DNA from: Malacoraja senta
Taxonomy: Eukaryota
Assembly (NCBI GenBank): GCA_038087875.1
Contig: JAXLNO010002266.1
Coordinates: 1-64,000, forward strand
Reading direction: 5' to 3'
DNA length: 64,000 nucleotides
Shown here: in pieces, positions 63,846-64,000 of the stretch
How positions within the stretch are numbered: position 1 is the first letter of the stretch
Layout of the letters: the number at the start of each line of letters is the position of its first letter
The notes under the pieces: model-generated
Database searches by the model: none
What the model was told of the DNA's origin: nothing
The model's input: the letters and a program-made list of their open reading frames with translations, nothing else
Position numbers and translations under genes: made by a program

Positions 63846-64000
63846 CTGATCTTTTGCTTTGACTGATAAGATTATATGATATTTGACTTCATGATATGTG
63901 TCTTTCACTGATTGGCTTCCATTTCCCTTTTTGAAGGCTGTGCGGGGAGCAGTCAATTTAATCAAAATTGACTTTTCTAAGGGAATCACTTCAGTCTCTG
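63846..64000 (-). CDS. Second class II cytokine receptor, D2 N-half exon, cut by the window edge (PETEVIPLEKSILIKLTAPRTAFKKGNGSQSVKDTYHEVKYHIILSVKAKDQ)
   Basis: Open frame ending at a phase-0 CAG|GTGAG donor. Resembles the equivalent IL20RA/IL22RA1/IL22RA2 exon (SI.I.LTAP...S..D.Y..L.Y). Confidence 0.8.

Noticed and set aside
62156-64000. Naming the second receptor IFNGR1, IL22RA2 or IL22RA1
   Set aside because: It lacks the IFNGR1 LPKS and YDKPH motifs, has a TM unlike IL22RA2, and only part of the ectodomain is visible. Orthology cannot be fixed by eye.

Overview
Eukaryotic, repeat-dense genomic DNA from a cartilaginous fish. The HE1/V-SINE, CR1 and Penelope-like repeat content points to an elasmobranch, probably a skate or ray. 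The main feature is a minus-strand tandem of class II cytokine receptor genes. The first is a complete 7-exon IL20RA orthologue (CDS 38510->13476, 628 aa by my manual splice, all introns GT-AG and in frame). The second, about 24 kb upstream and across a 130-N assembly gap, is the 3' part (3 exons, 64000->62156) of another receptor. It sits where mammals carry the soluble decoy IL22RA2, yet it has a transmembrane helix, a Box1-like motif and a C-terminal YxxQ, all in one fused terminal exon. A 96-nt intron upstream of that exon would give a secreted isoform if retained. The rest is mobile DNA: a young 5'-truncated L1 with an unbroken ORF2 and a 12-bp TSD, CR1/L2/Rex1/Penelope/Gypsy fragments, many tRNA-derived V-SINEs, a family of Harbinger-like MITEs sharing a CCTGTCCCAC terminus, a hAT MITE, a 5-bp-TSD DNA element with nested insertions, and about 20 Penelope-type minimal hammerhead motifs. 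Positions 1326-12297 are a recent tandem duplication whose two copies already differ by several structural events. All coordinates and family calls were made by eye, with no database searches.
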